Made by a program: the position numbers and the translations under genes. Shown piece after piece: positions 39,369 to 53,289 of a stretch of 64,000 nucleotides of DNA. Numbering within the stretch: the stretch's first letter is position 1; each line of letters opens with the position of its first letter. The DNA lies in contig CM119373.1 in NCBI GenBank assembly GCA_051294905.1, positions 1,366,001-1,430,000 on the forward strand, read 5' to 3'. The stretch is from Botryllus schlosseri. Taxonomy: Eukaryota. The notes under the pieces are model-generated. The model saw only the letters and a list, made by a program, of their open reading frames with translations. It ran no database searches and had not been told where the DNA came from.

Positions 39369-42300
39369 GTAAGTTGTTACTATTTATAGTCGATATCACG
39401 ACAATGCCGAATGATTCCTTATAGTAATACACTATTGCTATGTAAATACTAGCTCTCGTATCAGCGTTGAGGAGCTCAAACAAGCTTCAAATACTTGAAG
39501 AAATCTTGGGGCCGAGACCTAAACAAGCTCTGGATTGTGTGGTGACTGTTTCACTACCATCACGACCACTCATTTATTCCCTGTTTCTGTGATTGATGGA
39601 ATAAAATCATGATTCATCGAATCTGAAGATGCATTTCCCCCGTAACACGATTCATACAAATGCCCTGAAACTTCAAATTCTCTCATTATCCGTACTTTCT
39701 GAAAATTCCATCCGGTGCAACTCATCAATTTTCCAATAAGCAACTATAAACCACTATTTACCGCTGTATCGTTATTCTGACAGAACTGTTTTCACAATAT
39801 TTTTGTGGTGATTTCATTCACAGATCAAAGTTGATTGAATTTATATCGTTAGAATACATCAAATCTACAGATGAGCGTTTTCTTTTTCTACAGAAGAGGC
39901 GGCATTGGCAGAAGGTGATAAAGTATCACAGAAATTCAAAAATACTACCGTGAGCGTTATTGCGGGAGACCAAAATATCGGAACGGATAACAATGGTAAG
40001 CTATGTGATATTGTGAGTAGCACGAAAAGGAATACCCACAAGAGATATGGAGTTGTAACGCAGCAATAATATACTGGCCTATGTATATTATATATACTTC
40101 TACCATCCAAATAGAAGGATAATATATATTGATCTTGGGAAGTAGGCTCCAAAGTCGATTTACCAACGGTATGATAATGTAAGTATGTCTAGCTAGGCCT
40201 ATACTTAGGTGTGGCCAGTGCCATATCATGATACTGTGACGTCATATTAACTTGTCATCCTCTGTAATAGTAAAAATACGGCTTCAGATTCACCCACCTT
40301 CGCTCACATGCGCGCACAACTCTGGAAGGGTTCCTGTTTCAGCTAGGAATTTATAATCTTTTAAGCGGTAGGAAATTTATGGAAAAATATGGAAGTTGGG
40401 CTTGAGTCCGTGTATGCGCAATTGCACATTGTGCAGTACATGCAGAACAATGCTTTGGATCAGCCAATGCTACATCATTCCAGCTCCGGTGAAAATGCAC
40501 GGCTGCGGGGCTCCGCCTCCAAAGCCCTGACGCAGTAAACTTGCACAGGTTTTGATCAAGCATATTGTGGTTGTGAAAATTATTACATTGGGTTGTTTAT
40601 TTAAATCGGGATTCCATGCAAATCTTATTCAACCTAAAAATCCATAGATTTAATCTCTTGGGGGCATTTGAGGCATAGGCCATCCAAGGTTGAAATCTTG
40701 ACTCACCCACCACAGCAGGCTGGCATGTACGGTACATCATTACCTCAGTTGGTGGAATTCGCAACTATACAATGGCCAATTGAATAATTTTAAAAATACT
40801 GTACCACCTACCGCCATAGTTGCCGGTTATTTAGGATTGATTCGTGGGTAGGATGAAATCACCAGCGGACATATATCTTTGATACCACTGTTATAGGTCT
40901 TATCATTGTGTCCTCTTAAGGACTCGTGGTGATTGCGTATGGGTATCACATTAGGCACAGACTCACAGCCTCATTGCCATTGATCACTTTTAGTAGTTTT
41001 AAAGTGAAAATCAGAATTTGGATTCCTTTAATTTTGGATATATTTCGATCACAGTCCTCTTTCATCTCATTTTGCTGCGGCACAACTGAATAGTCCCTTG
41101 GGCACAAAGGGTACTGCGGCACTCCAATTGAGCTCCAGTGGGATAGAGCATGGGCAAAGTCATACCTGAAATAAACCATTTTATGGCCATAAACAAATGT
41201 GACGGTTAGTTTGAGCTCTGAAACAAAGTTTTCAAAAATGCAAGTGCATGCTCTCCTAACTTTTTCTAGGCAAGTATTTGCCAACAATCATACCCTGTAT
41301 AGCTGTTCGTAACCCACGTAAAACAACCTCAAGCCTCAACTGCCGCATACGAGTTCGATACCTTTGAAAGCGAGAGGCACGAAACCGTCGAACATAGAAT
41401 CAGCCGTTAGGAAATTCAACAATATTGAATGTCTATGTTCAGTCCACTCAAGGATCAATAATCTCGAGTTCTGGCGTAATTACAAAATAAACAGCGCCTG
41501 TAGTTAATATTATTGTTATCAGTATTATTATGGCACCACAGCAATTGCGCTTGTGGCATCTGTAGACCTAATACCCCACTACAATGTATTTTGTAATGCT
41601 CAAATTTTATATTATGGAGGAATAGTCATTCATACGCGTTCACTCACTGAACTTCGTAGCTCTGGTGCGGGCATTAATCGATATCGGTTCGATGTCTATA
41701 CTCTTTAGAACAGGGGCAGGCAACTTCTCCGGTCGGCGGGCCTGATGTGGGGAATTGAAGTTCTTGCGGGCCGGATTACAGAATCAATACGATTATCGCG
41801 TATTTAAATGATATTTAATGTAAACTTTAAGTTTAAAGCATAGCGACTAAAATTGAATTTATAAGCTTAATGTAGCCACTTCAATAGCTATTGAAGTCAA
41901 TCAGACATCTGTGGTCGATCAAAGTCGTGTGGCCTAAAACGTTTTTGAAATCTGGTTGTATGTCGGATGTAGAAACGCTTGGTGAAGCATGCATCTGAAC
42001 ATCATTTATATTGGAACGCAGCCTTGTCTTGTTAAAATCCTGGTAAAAAATGTTTGCCCGGACAGAACAAGTGTAGTTTCATGACTATCTTTCTCATGTT
42101 GGCAGACTTGGGATCATGCTCTGACGCAGAACATTTGTCAATACTTTCAGATTAGAATTTCACTTTCACGGTAGAAACCCTCTTCGGGTTACTCAAAATC
42201 CTGTCCATGTCCACGCGGTAAGAGCAACACTGAGGATTGCAGATACACCAAACTAGCAGTCATTCGCGTCATGAAATTGTATTTTACTACCAGCGGAACC

Positions 42301-42430
42301 ATTCATTTCCCTAGACTTCCTCATCAATCGACATCAATTATTATTCAAAGAAGTGATTTTTTCCTATCTCTAATGTCGTTTCTGGGGCACGGCTGAGAAC
42401 GCTGTCTGACAGATTCAATTTCTATAACAG

Positions 42431-42484
42431 GACAAGGTCAGCGAGGTCAGCTTACCAAAGAATCACCCGAACCAAATGTTGCAA
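42431..42484 (+). CDS. Putative NLR micro-exon (54 nt, duplicated)
   Basis: TAACAG acceptor and GTGAGT donor; QGQRGQLTKESPEPNVA. Confidence 0.65.
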
Positions 42485-43789
42485 GTGAGTTTTTATTTAC
42501 ATAAATTAATCAATATAACGGATGTACCTATTGGTTTTCAATCAATCAATCCATTGATAAGCCATTTCTAAACATACACCAGTTATTGTAGTTTAAAATT
42601 ACTTATATTATTTCAATCCAGAATATCGGAAATTTCTGTGTACATTCTCACATCCTTACTTCACAATATCACTGCAACTGCTATTTAACATCTGTATATG
42701 TCTGTATAGTGTGTGAATAGTATGGATGGTTGTATGCTACGATACTGATCAATATACAAATGTTCAAAATATTCTAATATGGATTTTTTTCGTCATGTCA
42801 AAATGTGGGGAACATGCTGGCCCCTTTCGCCGCCCCTGGCTCAGCCAATGCGTTGTAATTCAAGGTAGAATTTGAAAAACTGTGCAATATTAATAACATT
42901 CAAAAGTCAAGAATCGTTGCGAATGTATCGGGCCACCTTAAGATGAAATCATTATAAGTCATCAACATTCCAAGTGTCACGGCTAGGCTGATCAAAGTTT
43001 TGGTTGATCATGCAAGTTCACAATAAATCAAGTGGTCAATTTATTTTTGATAATAAAAGTAATTTAGAAAATTGCTACGCAGGCCAAACAAAAATTTCTC
43101 GCGCGCCACACGTTGACCACACGTGGTCTAAAATATCACCAACGTTGAGTCAAATTCACGGTCTCGTCAACCTGACCTAACCGCAAGCTATGTCCCTGCT
43201 AAAAACCAAAGTCCTAATCTGAAAATTTTAAATGACCCACTATTATGACGATATTTTTCGTAACATTCTATATCAGTGGTTCCAAACCTTTTTCAACTCA
43301 TCGCTCATCATTCAAGCTTTTCACCGATTATCGCCCCCAAATACTGTGAACCGAAAATGGGCATACGAACTGTTATCACCGGTGGGTAGACTAAAAAATA
43401 GGTCAACTTTTTGGCTTGATCTCGAACTTATACACTTTTACAGCTAAATTTTCTTGAGTTGACTACAAAAAGGTCATTTCTCCGACTCGACTCCAATATA
43501 GCCCTTTTAACGCGTCATCACTCCCGTTCGCACCTTCGTTATTTTCGCCCCCTGTCGCCCCCTTTGTCCGTTTTCGCCCCCCTATCGCCCCTTCATTTCA
43601 TAGTTTCCAAGTTGTTGGTAAGATACTTTTATTACTTACATTTTACAATTATTCGATAACAAATACAACAGTGGACCTATTCCTTATAATATAATAGCCA
43701 TCGCAGTCACAATTTAAAGTCGATGGTATTTACGAATTACTGGAATATTTATTGACAATCAAAGTATGTGGCGTATTTCTTTTCAACAG

Positions 43790-43864
43790 GACATGCAACA
43801 TTGGCCACAGGTGATCATATCATTCAACATTTTACCAATTCCAACATTTACGTTGCTGCTGGAG
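43790..43864 (+). CDS. Putative NLR exon (75 nt, phase 1-1)
   Basis: TTTCTTTTCAACAG acceptor and GTAAGC donor; HATLATGDHIIQHFTNSNIYVAAG. Confidence 0.65.
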
Positions 43865-45982
43865 GTAAGCTTTATAGCGGTTATACATTCAGCACGATAT
43901 TGACCGGCGTTAAACGTAAGTTAAGGTGGATAGGAGAATATAAAGCATATCGTGAGCGAAACTGCAGTTTAGTGTATGTAGTGATCTTCCGAATAAAGCA
44001 AAAATGCTTGTGATAACAGAAATAAGGCTACATTCGACCCCAAGAAAATAAAACAAAGACTTAAAATCAGATATAAGAAACTAAGAATGAAATGAATCGG
44101 CGGAACGAAGATATCGTGATTAGTAATCAGCGCTTCCGCCTAGATGCCGGCGCGATATCACCACGTGCCTACAGCAATCACCACAGTTACATACCAATCC
44201 ATTATTTGTATTCATATATATGGAATACATTTCGTTTCAGGTCTCATGAAACATCGCTAAAACTAAATAAATATATGAGTGGCAAGTGATTTGAAATGGT
44301 ATCGATGAAAAAGGACTAACGGCTATTGAGTCCTCTCATATTAAGTTGGGTTTTTCACGTAAAAGATAACATTGATATGTATGCATATTGAATACATATT
44401 AACATGTAAATCCTCGAGACCTGACTAGACTTGCGGCGAAAAGTGACGTAATTACAAATTGAAGCAAACCACCGAAACCAAGTCTATCTAGGACTCCTGT
44501 ATCCGTCAAAAAGTGCGAAAGTTATTTTCGGATGACCACATTTTGTATTTAATTTTGTACCTTAAAAATACAGATACTTTTAGTTATGCATTTTGGCGGA
44601 AAAGCTTCAGAGCATCTTTTAAGTACCACGGGGTCTCACTCTGAAAAGTGGTACAGTGCCTCTCCGATTTCGACATGCGAAACGCAACATCCACATCGCC
44701 CCCTGTGGAGAGCTGGAGCCCAGGAGAGCCACTGACTTATTGGTAGAAAATCTACTATCCAAAAAACATCTCCAAGACATATTCGTAGCACGAGTGTTCC
44801 TCAGGTACGGCAAGTTACTTCCCACTATAACAGAGTATGCATAAAGCAACTGCTAGTAACTGCAATAAGCAAGAGCTAATAAGGTTTGAAACTCTGTTAG
44901 TTAGAGTATAGGAGCCCATAACGTGTTGAGTAACGTAGGAGTTGAAGCAGACATCGTTGAAGTGAAGGCATAGCATGTTTCCATGACCAAAAAGGAGGTC
45001 CAGATGAGAAAGAAATGCTGGCAATATGGCACGCTATTCAATTTTGCAAAATAATATATTGAAATATTCCTGGAGGGCTTTCTTCAACTCGATTTTTTTG
45101 CGTTTCGCGTGATTCCCCTCCAAAACCCTTTGGTTATAATAAAAAATACCACACAAGTTACATAAATGGGTCTGGACTTTTTTTCGCAATTGTGAGAGAA
45201 TGGCGCCTTGAGGCCGTTAGGTTCCGTTGGTCCAGGGGTTAAAATCTGCGGAGAAGGGACTGCCACACTCTCACATTTCGGCGCTAGCCCCAACGTTCGT
45301 CCAGAACACGCCAATACCTATGAAACCTCGGTGCATCGCCGCCGGCGATTAACATTTGGACCCTAAAATCACAACACATCAGCGAAACCTTCGATATTAA
45401 TATCTTCCGTCATTGGAATGTATCCTGTCCATGAAATCCGCATAAGTTGTGTTGACTACATTATGGGGCCACTGTCAGCCTTTTGAGTGGCTTGAAAAAG
45501 TGCCCAGTGGTAGAATTACACGCTCCTGGGAATTAATTTACATTGGACAGGTTAATGTGTCCCGTGCAGTATATATTTAATCAGTCTTCCGATCAATTTC
45601 GATGTGTCACTTATGAATTCTATTTATGTCATTAATTTAATAATGATCAAAGCCGCACTCCTTTATATTTCAATCATCAATCATATCTGTTGATCTATAT
45701 ATGAACTCAGATAGTCACGCAATTAGACGTTTTTATAAACCATGAAAATATAAAATCAAAAAATACAAAAAATATATCAGAAGATAGTTTCGCATTTGCA
45801 GAGGACGCTCATGAGTCATTACAAACTAGCTTTGGAATGTAGGTTACACATAATGTCACTTACGCTGTTTTAAATGCTGTGCGTAAATCAAATTTTTAAT
45901 CATGCGGTAAAGTGTTTTCTGTTCTGACTATCTTTGCCAATGATTTTACAATCACGTATGAATAGAAGCCAGATGTAACTAA

Positions 45983-46229
45983 TGTTTGTTTGTGGTATTC
46001 ATGGTGTTTGTCGACTACTGTAGTCATTTACACCAGGCCGATATTGATCATTATTTTCCGTATCTGCCGACTCTTTGTAAGACACCGCTTACGCGGATGA
46101 GGTGGCGAGGAAGAGCCTAGGTAAACCTCCAACACTTCCGTATCGGAATTCTGAAGTCGACCTCGGTCGGACGCGAACCCGCACCCATTGGTGTTGCGGC
46201 CGCGGATTATACCACTGCGCTATTTCGCC
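45983..46229 (-). mobile_element. tRNA-derived SINE (family A) with an internal deletion
   Basis: Matches the reverse complement of 57830-58108. Confidence 0.85.
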
Positions 46230-46622
46230 ACATATAGCTAATGTAATGGGGGTATATTTGCGCTCCTCATCGTTGATCCCGCTGTTAACGCAGCGTCTTG
46301 AAAAGATCAGAGAAAGATTAAGCCGAGCTCCAAAGTCGGCAGCAAAGACCCATAAATGGACGCAAGAAATTCGAGGGTGAATGAAAGGGTGGGAGTGCGC
46401 GAGCGTGAAAAGTCGTCCCCAAGAATAAAATCAAAGACAACGAACCTACCAAATGCATTGTCGTGGTGCACAAGACCTGTACAGGCGATAGGCGCCACTG
46501 TCGTTGTTGTGTATATAATATTAATATAATAACTAACATATCTCACAGTCAGGCGCCCTATACTAGCGGTTTTCGCCGTTCATGTTTTTTGACTAATTTA
46601 TTTACTTTAACATTCGTGACAG

Positions 46623-46694
46623 ATATCCATGTTGCGCCTCCATGTCAAAGTACAGAACATAAGTTGAATCAAGAACGACTGAGATTACAAGCGG
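46623..46694 (+). CDS. Putative NLR exon (72 nt, phase 1-1)
   Basis: CAG acceptor and GTAAGT donor; IHVAPPCQSTEHKLNQERLRLQA; splices in frame to 56169. Confidence 0.65.
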
Positions 46695-46970
46695 GTAAGT
46701 TACCAAAGATTGATTTCATATTATTGTGCAATATGGACCGACTATTAGTTACGAGAAATGAATGAGAAACGAAATGCTTGCGCTAAAGCCGTAATTGATC
46801 TAGATGTGAATAACCACGACCATTACACTTTTTCTGTAGCGTAAATGTTGTTATAGCATCCATTTATGCTACTTGTTCGAATTATAGTGGAAAACGCAAA
46901 TCGTTGCGATGAATAGCAATGATCGGAAAGTTCTGACGGACAATAGATTGAGTATAGACGACATGGCACG

Positions 46971-47395
46971 TAGGGTTGTATTAAAACAAACTTTGTTTTA
47001 AAACACTTTGTTTAAAACTGTTTTAAACAGTGCTTAAAAATGCCTTTTAAAAAATCGTGTTTTTTTGAAGTTGTAAAATTATGCCATAATTTTGTATATG
47101 CTTTACCAATAACAATAACAATTACCACACGATGTTGCCGACGTATATCGATATGGGATGGTTGGAACCCTCAAAATAGTCGGTTGAACAGCAATAGTAC
47201 ATATATTTCGTCAAATCTGCTCTTATATACCCTATATTTTACATTGTCAATGTTAATCCCCTATAACGTCACAATAGAATAATCGTGACGTCATGCCTTA
47301 AAAAACATTAAAAACAATAAGAAGCGTGTTTTAAATTAGGGCCTTGTTTGAAACATGTTTGTTTTAAATTGATTTTATTTTTAAATGCAACCCTA
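46971..47395. mobile_element. MITE (inverted, diverged sister copy at about 31813-32208)
   Basis: Termini TAGGGTTGTATTAAAA / TTTAAATGCAACCCTA; both copies translate to the shared peptide RRISIWDGWNPQNSR. Confidence 0.7.
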
Positions 47396-47853
47396 ATTGC
47401 ACGCATTAATGACTGCGCTACTAATTAATGTCAAAACGATAACCAAAACAGCACTACACAGTTCGATAACGGGAAACGAGACTCTTCACGAGTAAGCATT
47501 AAATGAAATACATCTGCATTTACAGCTTATGTAGTAGGTAGCTCAACTTTATTACGCATGACGATCTGAGTAGGCTACATATAACTTGCCCAGTATAACT
47601 ACTAGCACCAGTGTTGTATCAATTAGCAAGGTTCTGGGTCACAAGTCAATTTTATTCTGATAGTTTTGAGCTTGATCACGGCTTTCGTTGTAGATGCAGT
47701 AGTATAGAAGATTATTCTAATAGCAATGTATCGCTGTTTATTAGATAGCTCTGTGCTTACGTTGCACAGCGCCCACCTTTACCAAAACTCTCTGGTATGA
47801 TTGAAATCGAACGATTATAGTTTATGCGTTTAATTTCTCACGAATGTGTAGAT

Positions 47854-49298
47854 CAGGGGTGACCAACCTTTTAGCCCTTCACGGCCGCATTTCGACTACT
47901 CATGTAGCCTACGGCCGCATTCGAGGGCATGGTCGTGATGAATTAGCTGGACGCCAAATGCCCATGTTAAAGTGTGCATGTCCATTGTCCATTTCTGGTG
48001 AACTCCGGACTAATCTATTCAATGATATATAGGCATATTATACCCACCCCAATCGCGAGTGGTGACTGCTCATTATACGGGATCCGCACACAGCCGCGCC
48101 AAGCGCGAATTTTTTTCATATTGACTATTGAATTTTGTCATTAATATTAGTAGTTTTACATATTACTATCAAACATTTATTTTTTCTCAGCCCATGTGAT
48201 CTGATTTAGCGGTATACGGAAGGGGTGTTTCCGAAGATTTAGGGCGGATATGATAAAGTTGGCGGATCCGGGAGAATGCTAATCATATGATTAAAAGCTG
48301 CTAATCGAGACGCATTTTAGGCGGAGATAATAAAATTAGCTGATCTGGAAGAATGCTTATCGTGTGATTAAATACTGCTAATCGCGACGCTTAAAGTTGG
48401 AAAAGGTTACGCGCGATGGTTCGTCGAGGTGTTCCGAATTTTCAATCAAGTGGCGTTATCTGTTACATCATAATGCGAAAACGCGTAATTTGCTGTCAGT
48501 TGTCAATTTGTTGAATGAAACAGCAGCCTGCTGATAACGATACTACCACTGTAAGGTAGAATTATCTTTATCGCGATATGAAAGTCGTCTTCAATTAGTA
48601 CGGTACAGCTAAGTATCGAATTATGGAATATTGATCTCGCTCTGCAATGGTGGTTACATGATTCGTTGATTGTTTAGTGAAGTCATTATCAATCGGCACG
48701 GTCATTATCGGTAATATTTGCGCGTAGGAATGGTACGCAGTGTTCCGGTTTGTTAAATCATGAGAATACCACTGACTTTATGCGCCGGGATCAACCGGTT
48801 TCCTTAATCCTGGGTTGACAAATCCTGACGAACGCGAAAATCGACTTTGTTGCTAATCCAACTTTATCATCTCCGCCCTTAGGGAAAGTCATAAATGATG
48901 ATGCATCTTCGGGTGGGCCAATTGGTATTATTCACTTTGTTGTATGCTATTATTTCTTAACCTCCCATCAGGGATGTCAGTATAGTAGAGGAGCACACGA
49001 TTCCGAGTTGATATTTCTTTATGGAACGCATCATTATCCTCTGCTGTGCGAATCTATGTACTGTGGGCTGTGATTGCAAAGGGCGCTGCTATAATAAAAT
49101 CGTCACGTTGAATCGCGCGCGGCGCGAAGAAAATTTGGTGAATCATTATAATCTCTCGAAAAATCGGTAGTCAATTCGTAAATTCCAAGTGCATGTTGAC
49201 GGCCGCCCACACATACTTATTGAATTACAAGTCCACGGCCGCACAAATTCCCTTCTGCGGCCGCATGCAGCCGTACGGCCGCTGGTTGGCCACCCCTG
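47854..49298. mobile_element. hAT non-autonomous element
   Basis: TIRs CAGGGGTGACCAACC / GGTTGGCCACCCCTG; exact TSD GTGTAGAT; partial sister copy at about 60091-60780. Confidence 0.9.
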
Positions 49299-49637
49299 GT
49301 GTAGATGGTTAAAGTATTATACGATATCAATTCCTTTCAACGTGTCGAGGCTTCGTATTCGATCGTCCAATATTGGCTGATAATAGAAGAATGTGGCATG
49401 TAATTCAGAGTTGTCAAGCTCAACGTCGCAGGCCGGATTCAAGTATTCAGATCACTCGCGGGTCGCACCAGTCAAATGATTCCAAAATATTACCTCAAAA
49501 TCCATCGATTCCATAAAATGAAATATTTATATGCTCCCTTTGTATACTGGTGCCAACCTCGCGTATGTGTTGTGATGCATACAAAATATTTAACTGTAAA
49601 CGAAGGCGTTGGAATTTGGCATCGGATTCCTCTGGAC

Positions 49638-50909
49638 CAGGGGTCACCAACCTGGTGCCCGCGAGGACCAGATGAGTGAGTGGCCCGCGAGCCTGCTCTA
49701 AAAATAGATCGAATAGCAGCATTTGCCAATCTTCGTAAGATATCACCAGTGAGCTTTTAAATATATAAATTGAGTTATTTAACTATTCTTGTTTAAATCA
49801 AACTATAACATGTGACTTAGAAATGACAATATATATATAGAAACACTTAAAATGATGATATAAAATATCCCCAATTAAAATTAGTAATATACCAACATGT
49901 AATAGAATAACAAGAGATCGAAGACGTAGAATACGGCGTAGGCTACTGCCCAATGCCCATACATGCGATATGACGGCATGCCATCCATGGTCTTCTTGAA
50001 ATAGTGGGGGGCTCAGTTCTGGTAGCCCGACGTCCCGGACGATGCGAAAGTAGTAAACAACATTACTATCCGGTAGCAGATAGCGGCGACGTACTAGCAG
50101 ATGCAGTATATGCTCATTACTTATTGCATCTTTTGACACAGCTCTTACACTCAACGCAGTTTATAGTACCAATGTTTCTAAGTTTCTGTAATCGATGCTG
50201 CTGTCAGGTATAATGCAATATGTCATGTCTGGATGCTGAACAGTCTGAGATTGAAATTGTACCACTGCAAAATCACCTCCACCTCAAAGCCCACAAGGCT
50301 TGCAGCAAACTTTTGGTGCCCTGTTGACACGGAAAAGTACAGTGCTGATTGCGCACTTGTGCAACAGCGATGAAGGTTGCAAGCGTGTTTGGTTGAACTT
50401 ATCGTTCTGTATCAGCCTTTGCGGACACGACATTGATCAAAAAACAAACACAGAACACGCCTCACTAATGCACATTGCACATCTGCAACACTCACTCAGA
50501 GTTGCAGTGTAAGTTACATGCCAGATTACAGCGCACTAGTTGATAGCATTCAATGACAGGCCTCTCACTGACTGGTATAGAAACAGATAACACGATGTCC
50601 AGTCTAACGTATGACATGATTTGTTTTAAAATCTGAGCTTACATTTGTTATATACCAATTTATATAAACACGGTGCGAAGTATTTCGTGATTCCTTAAAA
50701 AGTATTTGTGACTAGCTGGTTGTAATGAGATGTTTTGAATTAAAAGAATCTCTTAGAAGTCTTACTGCTATGCGATACCTGCCCAATGCTATGAATATCA
50801 AAGCGGAAATTCCGTCTGACACGGGTAAACGGCGGGAGTAAATGGTAGCCCGTCGCTTCAATCAGTATCCAAAAGTAGCCCTTGGTTGCAAAAAGGTTGG
50901 TGACCCCTG
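49638..50909 (+). mobile_element. hAT (Charlie/SPIN-like) deletion derivative
   Basis: TIRs CAGGGGTCACCAACC / GGTTGGTGACCCCTG; exact TSD CTCTGGAC; decayed transposase C-terminus (HLQHSLRVA..YMPDYSALV..Q..SH*) at about 50450-50570. Confidence 0.88.
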
Positions 50910-52621
50910 CTCTGGACTTTTTGAGTCAGAACTAATACAGCAATGCGACCTGTGTAACTACTATATACTCCATGTTACATGCATGGATATTATAACGGTT
51001 TAGCATTGGCCTTTCCACATCCATGAATAACTAGTTTTTGGTAAATGCTTCCTACCCCTAACTCAATATATGCTCTTTTCCGCCGGGTGTCAATGTCAGC
51101 GACATGCCCCTGTCGATGATCAGAATCACAACTCCACCGTGGTTATAATGCGGCCTGTGAAGACATACTCGACAGTTGCTATATTGATGAAATAATTATT
51201 AGAGGTATTTCTCACTACAAATTCGAGAAATGTGCTTGATAAAATAAACACTTTTTTCAATCTATACTCAGAATTGCTTCGCAGGCCGGATGAAATCATT
51301 ATGCGCGCGTATGTTTTACACTCCTGATTTCGATATACATTTACAGACGTATTTTATTAGCAGTTCTACGTGTGCGTGAGCGATACAACGCCTCCTTGCA
51401 TGTATATTTAACTTAATATTTGTTATTTGATTCAAGATAAATGGCCAATTAATCGGTCTTTACCGCAGATAGCAAAATGTACTGACTTTGAATCATCACC
51501 CATACTTCGAAAATTAAATTTGACTTGAATTGTGAGTCGACTCCACTTGACTTGAGTAAACTCCAAAAAACGAGTGACTTGACTTGAGTCGAGTCATCTT
51601 CAAAAATCAATTGACTTGATTTGACTCGAGTCGAACGAGCAATGACTCGAAATGACTCGTGACACGAAGGTAGTGACTTGATACCCACACGTCGAGTCGA
51701 CTCCGAGTCATGGGTTGAGACGCGAATCCGAGTCCAAGTCATAGAGTTCAAGTGATAGAGTTCACTGTTCATTATTGAGTTTAAGACGGGTTCAACTCAA
51801 TTCTGTAAAACTCTTTGGAGGTATCAAAGGCGCCGCTTTCATAATATACTCATTTTTATACTCGTAACATATTTATTTAAATAGATGACATTGAGTTTCT
51901 GCACCCAATTCCAAGTATAGGTCCTGATACACCAGAATTGAATAAAGTCATATAGTGGGTCTCGAGTAATATGACTGTGTCTAGTCATTCCCAATGATCC
52001 TAGTACAAATGTACTTCGATGTCAAGTCATTACGACCCTGAGTATTACACTATTCACTGACATCAATCTAACACTTAAAGGGGCACTGCGCTCTAAAAAT
52101 GATGTGGTCTTAAATTGAAGAAAAAAAATAAAGAATCATTTTGGCCGCAACCATCTCGCTGAGAACGAACTTTAGATAGTTGTCAGTCAATGTTATGTAA
52201 ATATGTTTACACGCCAAGGCGGTTTAGATACGGCTTTGAACAAACGATGTTGCGATGTTGTTATGAAAAGTTGCGCGTGACGTTGGCCACCAATTCCTCT
52301 CTGGCGATATATACCGGTATGCTTTTTGATTAGGCTGAGTTGTGGGTTCAGGTTGGGTTTGCGTACCGTTGGATTACGGTTAGGGATGATGAATTTTACT
52401 ACAGTACCCGAACCCTGAACACAATTTTGAATGTCATAAATTTTGTCATGTTCATGGGGAACACTGATTGGTGGTATTCGTGTTGTGGATAAGAAATTTC
52501 TGTTATCCTCAAAAAACGTCTACAGTATTGTCTTGCTCCACCCAGAATCTTCATAATAAGTTTGTTCCACTTTTTATTGAGGATACGGTATACCAATGCA
52601 TTGACATTATTGCAAGCTGCA

Positions 52622-52992
52622 ATGACAAGATGTGCCGTTACATCGTGTGAAGTTACAACGAATGACGCAACGCATACTCTTCTGTTTGCTGTGTCCATGA
52701 CATGTCTGCAAGTCAAGGTACTTGGTTGGTTACTTACCATATATTTGTTTAAGCAGGTGTTCTACGATTCAAAAAAATTTACTCTCGGACAGCAAAAGAG
52801 TGGATCTTGAAAAGCATGTATGAAAAGAAGACGAACCACTATGCGAGAGAGTTTTTGAGACGTACTGTTGAGAATCGCACTGACATCAACTTCCGCAGTA
52901 ACATTTCTAGAAATGTGCATCCAGTCAGCATAGCACCAGAACCAGCTCCCTCTACAGAGGAATTACTTTCGAAACGGCGTTCCCTAACATGA
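52622..52992 (+). pseudogene. Internally deleted Kolobok transposase (THAP-like start plus last exon)
   Basis: MTRCAVTSC resembles a THAP N-terminus. After the acceptor at about 52756: RFKKIYSRTAKEWILKSMYEKKTNHY..IAPEPAPSTEELLSKRRS. No DDE core is present. Confidence 0.6.
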
Positions 52993-53289
52993 CTGAGATA
53001 TAATAATCTTTGTAATTCTTTGCCAATAATAATCTTGGTTATTCTTTGCCATTGACTTTGTATTGCAGTGCTACTTAGGCAGCTTACTAGCTCAATTAAT
53101 TTCTTCCACATGTTTCCAGTTACTACTAATTGCCCCGTTGTAATACCCCAGCTATGTTCCAATTGTCTGGTATTTATTAAAAATCAAAGTAGCAATGTAT
53201 GAAACACAGCAGCCACTGTTGGAATATAGAATGCAGTACACCATACGGAACTGATTTCGACTTATATTGCAGAGCCGCAGTGTTTTTAA

